A stretch of DNA of 35,889 bases from Chiloscyllium plagiosum (GCF_004010195.1 NC_057718.1:95978354-96014242); one strand, 5' to 3'. Positions 10,205 to 22,635 are shown, counted from the stretch's first letter. Notes: generated by a model from the letters alone, not told the origin. Translations and numbers: made by a program.

Positions 10205-10402
10205 ATTTTGGGTGTCACTGGCAAGACCAATATGTATTGCTCATTCCTAACTGTGCTTGAGAAAATGGAGATGCAGCCTCACCTCCTTTGACAGTCTTGA
10301 GCTGCTTAAGTCCATTGGGTGAAGGCACTCACACAATGATGGTTTCAGGAATTCCAAAATGTTCACCCAGCGAAGGTTGAGAGAAAAACATACTTCCAAG
10401 TC
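10205..10402 (-). mobile_element. LINE 3' end (partner of SINE family B), decayed
   Basis: gggtgtcactggcaagaccaatatgtattgctcattcctaactgtgcttgagaaaatgg is the reverse complement of 22560-22625. Confidence 0.6.
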
Positions 10403-10421
10403 AAAACCCCATTGTAGCATT

Positions 10422-10875
10422 TAGAGTCATAGACACATCGAGATGAACAGCACAGAAACAGACCCGTTGGTCCGACTCATCCATGTTGACCAGATATCCT
10501 AAATTAATCAAGTCCCATTTGCCAGCACTTGGCCCACATTCCTCCAAACTCTTCCTATTCATGTACCCATCTTTTAAATGTTGTAATTGTATCAGCCTCT
10601 ACCACTTCCTCTGGCAGCTCATTCCATACACACACCAATGTTGCCCCTTAGGTCCCTTTTAAATCTTTCCCCTCTCCCTTTAAGTCTATGCCCTCTAGTC
10701 TTGGACTCCCCTACCCTGGGGTAAAGAACTTGGCTATTCACCCTATCCAGGCCCCTCATAATTTGATAAACGTCTAATAGGTCACCCCTCAGCTTCCAAC
10801 GCTCCAGGGAAAACAGCCTCAGTCTGTTCTCCCTCTAGTTCAAACCCTCCAACTCTCAAATTTCTTCACAAATCT
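10422..10875 (-). mobile_element. HER1 LINE 3' fragment
   Basis: Reverse complement of about 29440-29885 (ccctctagtcttggactcccctaccctgggg...ggtcacccctcagcttccaacgctccagggaaaa). Confidence 0.85.
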
Positions 10876-12229
10876 TGTGGCTTTCACTGATATGACACCA
10901 AAGCTGTTGGAAATAAGTACTCCACTGCTATTGTGTTCACTGTTGTGATACAGATGGTGCTGTCCTAATATTTCAGGACTGTACTGTTTGCGCAGGCTGC
11001 ACAACTGGGCTATCCCATTTTGCGAGGTACTATGTCCTTGTAAACTTGTGATGCAGCCTGTTTTCAGTCAGGCAGCACACTCTTTGAGTGTCAGTTATCC
11101 CCCCAATCTCAAACATTTCAATTACGACACCTTTTTTTTTTAAACGGTAGGTTGTCTGATATGACACTAAGATGTTTGAGTTGGGAATCCAAATCCTATC
11201 TGCTCCAGGGTGCAGTTTCCCAATGAAATAATGCCGTCTGAAGTGATTTAACTTTTTATATTTCAGAAGCTTAATTTCCAATTTTTAAAAATTATACCAG
11301 GTGAATTCCCTTCAGAAACAATGATATCGATAATGAAGGAATAATAGCTAGTCAGTACGTTTTTATGCAAATCTAGTCATTGGCTAATTGTGAAAAAGTA
11401 AAAAATTGCAACATATCAATGCATGCTGCTCGATAATCCTGTGTCTCCGGTACAATCTGAAGGTGACATTTTCTAATCACACGAACTAAAATAAAATTTC
11501 AGATCTTGGACTTTGCTTCTGTGATGTTTGCTGTCATACAGAAGTAAAGAATAGGTAGCAACGAACTGAAGTCTTGTGAAATTTTCTGAATGATTTTTTT
11601 TTCCCCTTTATTCAGCTTGCTGTGTTTTCGTGCTTGGAATGCAGTTGAAGAGTTCAGCCAACAAGCTGCTAATGTTGAGTGAGAGTTAATGGATCAATCT
11701 GCTTTGCCTTCTCAGTGATTTCACTTCTGACTCTTGGAATGTGTTTGATGAAAAGGAAGGCAATGTATACCAGACAGAAGACCCAGATGTAACTTGTTGG
11801 GGGTTAGGTTTTACAAGAACAATGGAGTAATGTAGCAGTGCACTGGACTAAAACCGGACTTTTTTTTCCCTCTCTAATCCAATGTAAGGGTCAAATATTT
11901 GTGCTCAAAGACATGTGTTTTATTTCTAGTGCATTTATCTAAGGGTTTGTTTTCATTCCTATCCCCTGCCTTGGAACTTCTGCTTCATGATGGGGTATCA
12001 TTCCCAAAGTGCTACCAGACATTCCACATCTTGTTCCAGAAGTCATTCTTCATGGAGCTAGGCATTGAAGTTCACCACCAGAGGATTGGGCGTGGTCCAA
12101 TCCTCCCACGCGCATCAGCTTTTGAAAGTCAACTGTGCACTGCGACCAGGAGTGGGAATCCTGGCTGACTTCCACATTCCCTTGGCTCGCCCTTATCCCA
12201 GAGACATTGAAACCAGTTAAGGAATGGCC

Positions 12230-12535
12230 TTCATCACTAGCACATCTGAGCTTGGTGAAATAAGTAAGGACATGACGTTGAACCTTTGGACTGAGATGAG
12301 GAGAATTTCCGCACCCAGAGGGTGGCAAGCCTGAGGAATCACATGCAGCAGAAAGTGTTTGAGACTAAAATATTGAATGTTATTAAGAAAGAGATAGATA
12401 TAGTTCTGAGGGCTAACTGCATCCAAGGTTATCAGTCAAAAGCTGGGGGAAAGTACTGAGGTAGCCGTAACCATATTGAATGGAAGAACAGACTTAAAGA
12501 GCTGAATGGCCTACAACTGTTCCTATTTTCTATAA
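12230..12535 (+). mobile_element. CR1 LINE 3' tail
   Basis: cctttggactgagatgaggagaattt...aagaaagagatagatatagttc...agagctgaatggcctacaactgttcctat. Confidence 0.7.
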
Positions 12536-12564
12536 ATCTTTGCTTCTGAGTTCTCCAGTTCTGC

Positions 12565-13850
12565 ATATTGCTGAAAAGAGAGGCAGTGGATGTGCTCTAT
12601 TTGGATTTCCAGATGGTCTTTGACAAGGTGCCAAACAGGACGATGACAAATAAAAGCCAAAAAGTGTGGCAATGGAAAAGCACAGCAGGTCAAGCAGCAT
12701 CTGAGGAGCAGGAGAGTCGACGCTTCGGACATCAGGAATGACATATGCCCCTGGTAGTAAGGACGTGGTATTGGCATGGATAGAGGATTGGCTGACTGGC
12801 AGGAAGCAGAGAGGGGGATAAAGAGGCCATTTTCAGAATGGCAACTGGTGACTAGTGGAGTTTCACAGGGGTCAGTGCTAGGACCAAGAAATTCACATTA
12901 TAAATTAACGATCAGGAGAAAGGAACTGATGGTATTTTTGTTAAGTTTACAAATAAAAGTAACTTGAGAGACAGGTAATGTTGAGGAAATGGGGAGATTG
13001 CAACAGAATGTGGGCAGACTAGGAGAGTGAGCAAAGTGTGGCAGATGGAATACAATGTGGGAAAGTATGAGGTTATGCACTTTGGTAGGAAGGATAGAGG
13101 CACAGATTATTTTCTAAATGGGGAAAGCCTTCAGAAATCTGAAGCACAAAGGAACTTACGTGTCCTAATTCAGGATTCTCTTAAGGTTAACTTGCAGATT
13201 CAGTTGGCAGTTGGGAAGGCAAGTGGAGTGTTAGCATTCATTTCAAGAGGACAAGAATACAAGAGCAGGGATGTACTGCTGAGGATGTTTCAGGCTCTGG
13301 TCAGACCACATTTGTAATACTGTGAGCAGTTTTTTGCCCTGTATCTATGATAGGGTGTGCTAGGACATGGAGGGGTTCACAAGACGTTCACAAGAATAAT
13401 CTTGCGAAAGAAGGGTTTGTCATATGAGGAGTGTTTGAAGTCTGGTTCAATATTCAATGGAGTTTAGAAGGAAGAGAGGGAATCTCATTGGAAGTTACAG
13501 AATATGAGAAGCCTGGATAGACTGTTTGTAGAGAAGGTGTTTCCACTCGTAGGGTAGACTAAGACCTGCGAGCACAGCCTCAGAGTGAAGGGACAACCCT
13601 TTAGAACTGAGATGAGAAGGAATTTCTTCAGCCAGATGATGGTGAATTTGTGGAAATTATTTCTGCAGAGAGCTTTGGAGGCCAAGTCAATGACTGTACT
13701 TAAGATAGCGATAGATAGGGTCATGATTGGTAAGGGGATCACATTTTTTGGGAGAAGGCAGGAGAATGAGATTGAGAAACAGATCAGCCTTGATCAAATG
13801 GTGAAGCAAACGTGATGGGCGAAAAGGTCAAATTCGACTATCTTATGGAC
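12565..13850 (+). mobile_element. CR1 LINE, 5'-truncated, degenerate reverse-transcriptase C-terminal half
   Basis: Fragments YLDFQMVFDKVP, TSGVSQGSVLGP, WQMEYNVGKYEVMHFG, ALVRPHL, FRTEMRRNFFSQ..VNLW; multiple stops and frameshifts. Confidence 0.92.
12661..12740 (-). mobile_element. Penelope terminal-repeat fragment nested in CR1
   Basis: ggaaaagcacagcaggtcaagcagcatctgaggagcaggagagtcgacgcttcggacatcaggaatga; hammerhead helix II deleted. Confidence 0.8.
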
Positions 13851-15199
13851 TTTTATTTGTCAGAACATCTTATACTTGCACTCATCAGGACAACTGCAAG
13901 AATGATGAATTTTACACGATCACAATAATCTATACTGCAGGAGAAAATAATGCAAAGGTTGGCAATTTGAGACTGATTGACTAAGGCATGGAGAAACGAA
14001 TAATGTTTTATAGGATCCCAAGCTCTCCATGTGCCTTTTGAGATTACTCCGCTAACTCTGATTACAGCTGCACAACATTTGTACACTTTCTTCTCCTGGC
14101 CAATCCATTTTCTGTGTCTAATGGTGGACTTGGAAACGCAAGAAAAATAATGTAGCAGCAGCTTTAAATTCTTGGGCAACTTCTCTTACTATGGTTCCAC
14201 AATCTCATCAATCTCACACCAAGTCAAACTTTGCCTTGTCAATCATGCTATTTGTTAACAAGTCACTGAAATAAAATCCTTTTTTCATGAAGGAATGAAT
14301 GATTGTATTGTCACATGTATTTTACAACAAGAATATGATAAAATATAGTGAAATGCTTTCATTTGTTGCCATGGTTGGGCGCCATTTTGAATAATTCAAA
14401 GATAAGGGGAAAAAAGACAGATGGAGCTTAAAGACAGTCTGTCAGTCCTAAGGACCTACGTATCAAGTATGTCTCCTATGAGATCCTAAACTGATCTGTA
14501 ACTAGTCCACATGACATCATGGTAATGGGTGGTGTTTATGACACTCCTCAGTATTAACCCTTTCAGACCCATATACAACAGGATCTGACTTAGTGGCACT
14601 GTTTGTTACATCGGAAGGGACTTTGGGGTGATACAAAAGAGGTGAGGAGATCAGGGAAGGCAATTTCAGAGGGAAAGAATGGCTAAATACTTTATGAGAA
14701 AAAATTGGGAAGAGCTAGTCTGGAAAAATAAATGACCTTGATGTGTTCAGGCTGGCAGTCTTGGCTTAGTGCAAGAGAGATCTCTTAGGTCATAAAGCCT
14801 TTCTGAAGAGAAGTGGTTTCGTCTGATTGTTTGTTATAGTATGGGAGGGATAATCTGTTGAAGATTCAAGTTAAATTTTAAATGCCCTCTCATCGGACAT
14901 ATAAGACCCATGTACTGCTGAAAAAAACTCAGGAAGTTCTTTTGGCTTTCTGTTTGTGGTTCCTGAGTGAGTACAAATTAGTTGTCCCTTTACCCTAGTG
15001 TATGATAATAGATTCAAAAGTGCCTCATTGGCCATGAACACTGGGATACCCTGAGGTTATGAAGGAACCTGTCTTGAATTTGACGTAAAAGTGAATTATT
15101 CGAATCTAAGAAATTACCATTCCTGAGGTATATACACCATCATTGTTATGACACTTTTCACTCTGTAGGTAAGAATGTGAATTCATCTTTCAAAGGTTG

Positions 15200-15656
15200 T
15201 GTAGTGATTGGAATCAGGTGGACCTTGTTGACTATGAAGTGCTTGATTGAGGTTATTAACCTGGGCCAATCAGGAGGCACTGGCTCCTGATGAACACGGG
15301 GTTTATCACCACTGCCCTTTGATGTGAAGGGCAGTGTTTGTCACTGGCCACCCGGGTGTTTTCCTATCTTCCTGGTGGTGGAATTTGAATAAAGATTCAT
15401 GCACCTTGTGTCTAAAAGAAAACAAAACACGGGGTTTATCACACAGCATTGCACTTTGATGTGAAGGGCACTGGTTGTCACTGGTCATTCTGGTATTGCC
15501 TTTCTTCCTGTTGGTAGAATATAAATAAGAAAAAGGAAAAAGAAATTAACATGGGATTTGGGAATCTCCTCAGTTCAGAGGACTAACTCTCAGCTGGCTG
15601 ACCACAGTAAATGAAGAGTGACTTGGTGATGGGATAGTGGCCTCTCTGAAGGTTCA
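15200..15656 (+). mobile_element. Solo LTR-like element interrupted by a tandem insertion
   Basis: Starts TGTAGTGATTG and ends ...GGTTCA (TG..CA), CCAAT at 15266, 3' segment gtgacttggtgatgggatagtggcctct recalled from shark LTRs; no clear TSD. Confidence 0.55.
15293..15545 (+). repeat. Two diverged head-to-tail copies of a retroelement 3' end (possibly Tx1/L1-like)
   Basis: Units start at 15293 and 15426 with identical AACACGGGGTTTATCAC; each ends with an AATAAA-like signal and an A-rich tail. Confidence 0.75.
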
Positions 15657-17871
15657 GGAAGCATATAACCAAAGCTTGCTTTACATAAATTCATTATAAG
15701 AACAATAACAAAGGTTTACATTGTATGTTCATTGTAGAATCTTAAAAGCCATGGTGCTTCCTAGATTCATCATCAGACAACCACAGACACTGAAATGAAG
15801 AAAGAGATATTAGAAAGAGATGATAAAAAGTCATATTGGGTAGCTGAGTTTAAGGATGCATTTAAAGGAGATATTAGTACAAAAGCAAAGGGGTCTGGGG
15901 AGGCTATTCCAACTGGGGATATAGATTTCTGTTGGCATGATCATTAAAGATCAGATGAAGTGAGGGGATGTTTAAAAAAAAGAGTCAGCGTAACAGTGAA
16001 TGGGTGAGGAGGGGTATTCTAGAAATAGAGGAGGATATAGCATGGGGTGGGGTCACAAAGAAATGTAAGCTTAAGAATGTTAAATTAGAGGCACTGAGCA
16101 ACTGAGAGATATTGTGAGGCCATTGAAGACAGGGATAATAGTTGAGCAGGACTTGGTGTATGTGAAAATTACTGTGTGTGGCCTATGGTCAGACTGGCTT
16201 CACGATAAACAATATTTACTACTTTTAGTACTGAAGTGTGTGTTTCTTTTTTACATCACATTCCAAGCAGCCTAAGTCTAGAAATGTTTATATTACTCGA
16301 GGGACATGCCATTTTTTTTTTTGTAATCATTAAATTGTGTAATATTCTGTGCTGTGTTACAAGTGAGGTGACACTCTCAACTGTCTGTTAATGTGTCTGA
16401 TGCTGGGAGTGGCAGCTGCTATGACATCTTGCTGATAGGGATGAACTAGCTGAGTGTTAAATTGCACCAAAAAAAAAGGACTTGGAATTAAAATTTGTGG
16501 ACTGTCTGGTGTTGTAACAAAAATACTGACAGAGAAATTTAGTTGAATGCTTGTGGGCAGAGTTAAAGAAAAATACATTGATTTGTGTACATTTGGATCA
16601 CTTGCATGAACTAAATGACTGTGTTTATTAATTCACAACTCAATGAAGTAACTGTTCAAAATCCTACATGACATTTCTTGGTCACATTTCACACCAAATT
16701 GTTTGGAACTGAAGTCTCAGTATTGAAGGATTCTTGCAGGAAAATGGGGAATATGCCTTTCAAACACATTTGTAATGTTGGAAAACCCTTTCCTTGAGTG
16801 ACAAGACTATTGGCTGTCATTCTCCTTCAACATGTTCTGACCTTGATTTGTCCAAGTGCTATAAATGCTGGACAATGCAGTCACTTTCATCTCTGGCTTT
16901 AATTAAATCTCCATTCAAAAAAAAGTGCCTTGTGGTTTTTGCACAACATAAAATATTCTTGTCAGACTCCAGAGATATTAATACAATCGGCTTAATAGTC
17001 ATCAGTTGGCAGGTTCTACTCCAATTGAAGACCACAAACTGGTAAAGTCCGATGGAATAAATACATCTGTGTTAACCTTTGGCACCCAGCCCCACTGCCT
17101 ACAAATAAATAAAAGTGTTCCTTCCTAAAATTGATACACAGGAATGAATGCAAACTAAGTGTACACCATAATAGATTTCAAAAAAAAGCATGATACTCTA
17201 TATCCTACAGTTATGTCCCAACATCACAAGCTCAGCTATAATTCAAAGAGTATTGCCCTTAGATGTTAGTTTAAGTGGCTGTAGGGTGTAATAATTAAGC
17301 ATAATGCTATGCTTGTACACATAAGTATAGCCATTCCGTCTATTTGAGCTTAACAACAGAAGATAAATTTCCAAGGTTAAGCTTACTCTGAACTAAACTG
17401 GTCTGTCAGTTTGAATAACAGAGTCCCACAGCATCACCTCACTTTATTCTAAACTGTTTCTCTTCCAGAATCTGTTTTAGTTATTGATAACGTGTGCAAG
17501 GTTTCAGAGTAATCCCACCAGCCATTTTACACCCTATTTGGATTATGAAAGTCTACGTATATGATCTGCTGCTACATTTTGTGTAACAATCCTGGCACAG
17601 AATCACTTTCTGGAAGAAGAGAAACATTAAATTGGAAACAAAAACATTTATAAAGTTCCCTGTCCTCAGTGGTTTATATTTTTGCACCAAATGAAAACAG
17701 CTTCCAAGTGACATTTTATACTGTTGAAAAGACAAAAACAAATTTACAATATGTGCAGTCGATTCAATATGAAAGACATTTCGGTCTCACCCACAGATGA
17801 ATCAGAAGTTTTAAAAAGTGACTTATAACATTACAAATCAAACAAGAAAGAAAAGAGGACTTGATATTTAA

Positions 17872-18030
17872 CAGAAAGGGAAGCACTGCATTTATATAGT
17901 GTTTTTCATAACCACCAGATGTCTCAAAGTATTTTGCAGCCAATGGGATGCTTTTTGAGGTATAGTCACTGTTGTGGTATAGAAATGTGACAGCTTACTT
18001 TACATACTGCAAATTCCACAAACAGCAAAA
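17872..18030 (-). mobile_element. DeuSINE (SacSINE1/AmnSINE-related) 3' portion
   Basis: tgcatttatatagtg...gcagccaatgggatgctttttgaggtatagtcactgttg...ccacaaacagcaa; reverse complement of the copy at 35164-35420. Confidence 0.75.
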
Positions 18031-18682
18031 CAATGTAATATGTCTCAAGATTTCCCAAAAGTTTGCAATGAATACATTATTATGAAGTGCAGCTGCTTTG
18101 TGGAACTGAATGTTTGACTCATTGACGTCTTTAAGACTCGCCATTTGATAGTGTCACTGCATGACTGTTTTATGTATCAAGGCATTAAATGGTACAGGGA
18201 GAGACTGGCTTCAAGCTTGGATCTTGGGATTGAGTTTACTTGTATGTTTGGCACTATGGGTGACCTTACTAAGAGGGGACACAGCAAGATATTGGAGTTG
18301 AAATTGCCACACTTATTATTCTGTCTTAAATGCTAATAGTTTCAGCACTTCTGATGGGCACAACGGGCACGTGTAATACAGAATGAGGAGGCTGAGAGTT
18401 GCAAGATTTTCTCCATTAGTTCTTTCTTCTTTCTATCCATCAACTTTGTCCCTCGTCCCATCTAATCACGACCTCTTTGGCGTATTAGATAAAATTTATA
18501 AAAAGCTTATTTGACCTAAAAGGTGGTGTTTATCCATTTCCACCCTTTTTCAGCTAAACCTATTAAAATATTTTTCTGTTCCATTCTTACTCACATTCAT
18601 AAATGTATCTGTGCCATTTGCCTCAGCTTCTCCCTGTGGTAGCAAGTTCCATGTTCTAACCAGTGTCTGGCTTTGAGAGGCA

Positions 18683-19150
18683 TCAGGATTTTACAACAGA
18701 GAAAGAGGCCCTTTGGCCCATCATATATGTGCTGGTCACCAAGCATCCTATTCTAATTCCATTTTCCAGCATTTAGCCTGTAACCTTGTACATGATGATG
18801 TTTCAAGTGTCCATTGAAATAGTTTGAAAATCACTTGAGGTTTCCTACACTTTATAACCTTTTAGTCAGTGAGTTCCAGATACCCATAACCCTGTGTGTG
18901 AAAAATGTTTCCTCAAATCCCCCTTAAAGCTCCTGCCCTTTACTTTGTCCCCTGGTTCCTGACGCCGCTTTAAGGGGAAAGTTTCTCTCTATCTACCCCG
19001 TCAATGCCCCTTAGAACTTTGTGCACCTTAGTCAGATCTCCCCTCAGCCTTGTCTGCCCTATGGAAAACAATCCTAGTCTCTCTTCATAGCTGAATCGCT
19101 CCAGGCAACATCCTGGTAAATCTCTCGTTTTCTGGAATTCCATACTGACT
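18683..19150 (-). mobile_element. CR1 LINE 3' fragment
   Basis: Minus ORF piece SYEERLGLFSIGQTRLRGDLTKVHKVLRGIDGVD is CR1 ORF2 C-terminal; tail acaacagagaaagaggccctttggccc. Confidence 0.8.
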
Positions 19151-19185
19151 TTGCAATTTACTGTCTGCTTCTGGCTCCTAGACAT

Positions 19186-19547
19186 GGTCGCATGGTGGAT
19201 CAGTGGTTATCACTGCTGCCTCCCAGCGCCAAGGGCCCAGGTTCAATTCTCAGCCTCAGGTGACTGTCTCTCTGTGTGGACTTTGCACATTCTCCCCATG
19301 CCTGGTGAGTTCCCCCCCGCCCCCCCAGGTGCTCCGGTTTCCTCCCACAATCCAAAGATGTGTGAGTTGGGTGAATTGGCCATGCTAAAGTTGCCCACAG
19401 TGTTCAGGGAGGTATAGGCTAGGTGCATTGGAAAGGGATAAGTGTAGAGTAGTAGGGGAATGGGTCTGGGTGGTTTACTCTTCGGAGGGTCAGTATGGAC
19501 TTGTAGGGCCAAATGGCCTATTTCCACACTGTAGGGATTCTATGCTA
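19186..19547 (+). mobile_element. HE1 SINE, full length, with internal poly-C expansion
   Basis: A/B boxes, V-domain and tail ccacactgtagggattctatg; C-run at 19312-19327. Confidence 0.9.
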
Positions 19548-19861
19548 CCCACAAGTGCTAGAATTTTTTAAATATCTGTCCAGTAAAGCCTTTCATCATC
19601 ATCACTCCTTAGCTCTCTCCTTTCCAGAGAAAAAAACTGCAACCTTTTCAGTGTTTTCTTCTCAGTATAACCTCTACGTTTTGATTTGACTCTTGTCCTT
19701 TTTTTTGTATTTATTCCAGTTACCTCTATATCCTGTCCACAATAGGAGCACCAGAATAGTTTTGCAGCGCTCCATAGCTAGCCTCATTGCAGTGTGTATA
19801 AGTTGACTGCATTAATACTACGTACCCATTTTTGGGCCCGACTAATCAAATTTTTCTTACA

Positions 19862-19950
19862 CAAGAACAAAAATTGCTGGAGAAACCGAGCAGGTTTGGC
19901 AGCGACTGTGGAGAGAAAGTAGAATCGGAGTCAGGTGACCTTTATACACT
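19862..19950 (-). mobile_element. Penelope-like terminal repeat relic
   Basis: aaaattgctggagaaaccgagcaggtttggcagcgactgtggagagaaa. Confidence 0.6.
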
Positions 19951-19999
19951 TGTAGAAGTTGAATCACACTACTCCAAATGTTCAGCCATGCCACCATAT

Positions 20000-20297
20000 G
20001 GGTGGCACAGCGGCTCAGTGGTTAGCACTGCTGCTTCACAGGTTCAATTCCCACCTCGGGTGACTGACTGTGTGGAGTTTGCACATTCTCCCCATGTCTG
20101 CGTGGGTTTCTCCCGGGTGATCCGGTTTCCTCCCACAATCCAAAAAGTACCGGTCCGGTGAATTGGCCATGCTACGTTGCCCAGTGTTAGATGCATTAGT
20201 CAGGGGTAAATGTAGGGGAATGGGTCTGGGCAGGTTACTCTTTGGAGGGTCGGTGTGGACTGAGGCCTGTTTCCATACTGTAGCGAATCTAATCTAA
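20000..20297 (+). mobile_element. HE1 SINE, near full length
   Basis: gggtggcacagcggctcagtggttagcactgctgc...ggttcaattcc...V-domain...aatctaatctaa. Confidence 0.92.
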
Positions 20298-20914
20298 ATC
20301 ATGACTAGCAGTGCGCTCAATAGACGGCAGTCTCAATTTCACAGATGATTTACTTGCTGCTACCTTCTGACTGGGTCTAAGTGATTCAGCAGGCGATGGG
20401 AGCTATTTTGCAACAATTCATTGGAAAGGCCCATGCAGAGCAGACCCAATCCCCTAGCAAACATCAAAGATGGCGACTATGCACACACAGGCTGCCTGTT
20501 CACCATTAAATTTGGCATAAATGCTGTTCTCAGTTTTCAGAGGAATTTTGCAAGGTTTCAAAGGGCAGTTCATTGAACGACACAATTCCTTTGCTTTTCA
20601 ATTCGACAAATCCAGAAATGAGCTCCACTTATTCATTTATTTTTAAATAGCCTTAACCTCACTATTTTTAGTGACGGGTTTATCAGCACTAGCCAAGGTC
20701 TCTCTGTTTCTCCACCCCATTTAGAAACTTATTGCAAACAATATGTAATCTCATTCTTATGATCAAAATACTCTACCTGATCCTGAGCTCCAACAAACAA
20801 CTTAGATTTCAGCTTAAAAGAAAGACGTTAGCTAGTTATTTGTCTACTTTTTCACCCTACCTTAATATTTAGGTTCCATATTGAATTTTCAGGAATTTGT
20901 AACAATATCAGTAA

Positions 20915-21965
20915 TAAGTAATGTTTATATGGCATCTGTAATGGAATAAAAGCATCCCAGATAGTATTATTAGATGAGGGAGTACCATCACATAAAGTTT
21001 GATACTATAGCATATAAAGGGTTATCAGGACAGCTTCTATAAACTAAGTGCAAGAGTGTCTAAAGAACATCCTGAAGGAAGAGAGATACTGTGGCAGTTT
21101 GCTGACTTGGAGAATACTGTGACACAAATCAGTTCAGGAACAAAAATGGCTCTTCAGGTTGTGAACAGTTCTGTTCTCAGATTTTTGTGAGGGAGTGGTC
21201 TCAAATTTGTAGGTAATGAATGGATTTTGTGATTGAAATGGAAGGCAATAGTTTCCCTCTTTGTCAAAAGAGAAAAATAGGGAGGAAAGAATTCCAGACC
21301 TTAGGGCAGAGGTTGTTAAAACTATTGGTGAGGTAGTTGCAAACGAGGGCTTGGAGACCAGAGACCAGAATTAGCAAAACGCCGATGTTGGGAATGGTGT
21401 TGTGACAGAGATGGGAATAAGAATGGGAGAGGGCATACACACAAAAATTTTAAAATAGAGCCATTACTGATCCAGGAGCTGATGTCGGAGAGTGACAGGA
21501 GAATGGGATTCAGGTGAGTTCAGAGTAAACGATAATGAGAATACTGGATGTGCTGAATGCATCGGAGGTTGGTAAGGAGAACAAAAAACGAGCCTGTAGA
21601 GAGCAGAAGGTTAGTTGAGGGATTCTCAGTGGAGATGAGGTGGGGGTGGAGATGAGAGATGTGAAGGCAGTACAAGTGGTCTATTGGTGATGAGGAAGTT
21701 ATAATGTCAAATATGCACTATAGCGTCTAGAATGCCAAGGTTGAGATTAGTCTGGTCCAAGTTAAGACAGTTACCAGAGAGGTGGAGGAAGGTAAAAGCC
21801 ATGCTAAGAGTTTGAGATGGAGGTCATCATCAGTGGGGTTCTCTCTCCTCAGTAATTAATGAGCAGAGACTTCTGTTTAACCAATACTAAAGATCTGACA
21901 AGCAGCATGACAATCTAGAGAAATTATCAAGGAAGCTAACGTTAAGGTAAAGATAGGTGTCTACA
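20915..21965 (-). mobile_element. Old L2-like LINE relic
   Basis: Degenerate L2-type terminus (tgtttatatggcatctgtaa...aaagcatcccaga) followed by a long purine-rich tract (gaattccagaccttagggc); very diverged. Confidence 0.4.
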
Positions 21966-21984
21966 TATGGCAAAAGATCATTAG

Positions 21985-22635
21985 ACAGCAGCTTGCAAAC
22001 TCATGACCAGTTCCATCGCGAAGAACAAGGGCATCTGATACGTGGGAACACCATTCCCTGAAAATTCCCCTCCTAGTCACTCGCCAACCTGATTTGGAAA
22101 TATAAAGTCGTTTCTTCACTGTCACTGGGTCAAAATCTTGGAATTCCCTCCTGAAGGGGCATTTTTAAAAAAATTCGTTCATGGGATGAGGGTGTCACTG
22201 GCCATCCCAGCATTTATTGCCCATCTCGAGTTGCACAGAGGGCAGTTAAAAATCAAGTTCAGTGCTGTGGATCAGGAGTCACATGTAGGCCAGAATCCTT
22301 CACTCAAGGACATTAGTGAATTAGATGGGTTTCTTCAACCAGCAACAATGGATTCATGGTGATCATTAGATTCTTCATTCCAGATTTATTTTAAAAATTG
22401 CATTCAAATTCCACCATCAGCTATGAGGAAGTGAACCTGGGTCATGAGAACATTATCTGGGTTCTCAGAATTAACAGTCCAGTGACATTACCACTGAGCT
22501 ATCACCTCTCCAGGATCAACCTACAGCAGGTGGACTGTAATGATTCAACAAGGCAGCTCCTCATCACCTTCTCAAGGGCAATTAGGGACGGGCAATAAAT
22601 GTTGGCCCAACCAGTGACGCCCATTTTCCTTGAGA
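21985..22635 (+). mobile_element. LINE 3' end (partner of SINE family B) split by an antisense SINE B
   Basis: aagaacaagggcatctgatacgtgggaacacca...gggtcaaaatcttggaattccctcc | ...caaggcagctcctcatcaccttctcaagggcaattagggacgggcaataaatg. Confidence 0.75.
22165..22512 (-). mobile_element. SINE family B copy
   Basis: Collinear with 1296-1637. Confidence 0.8.
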
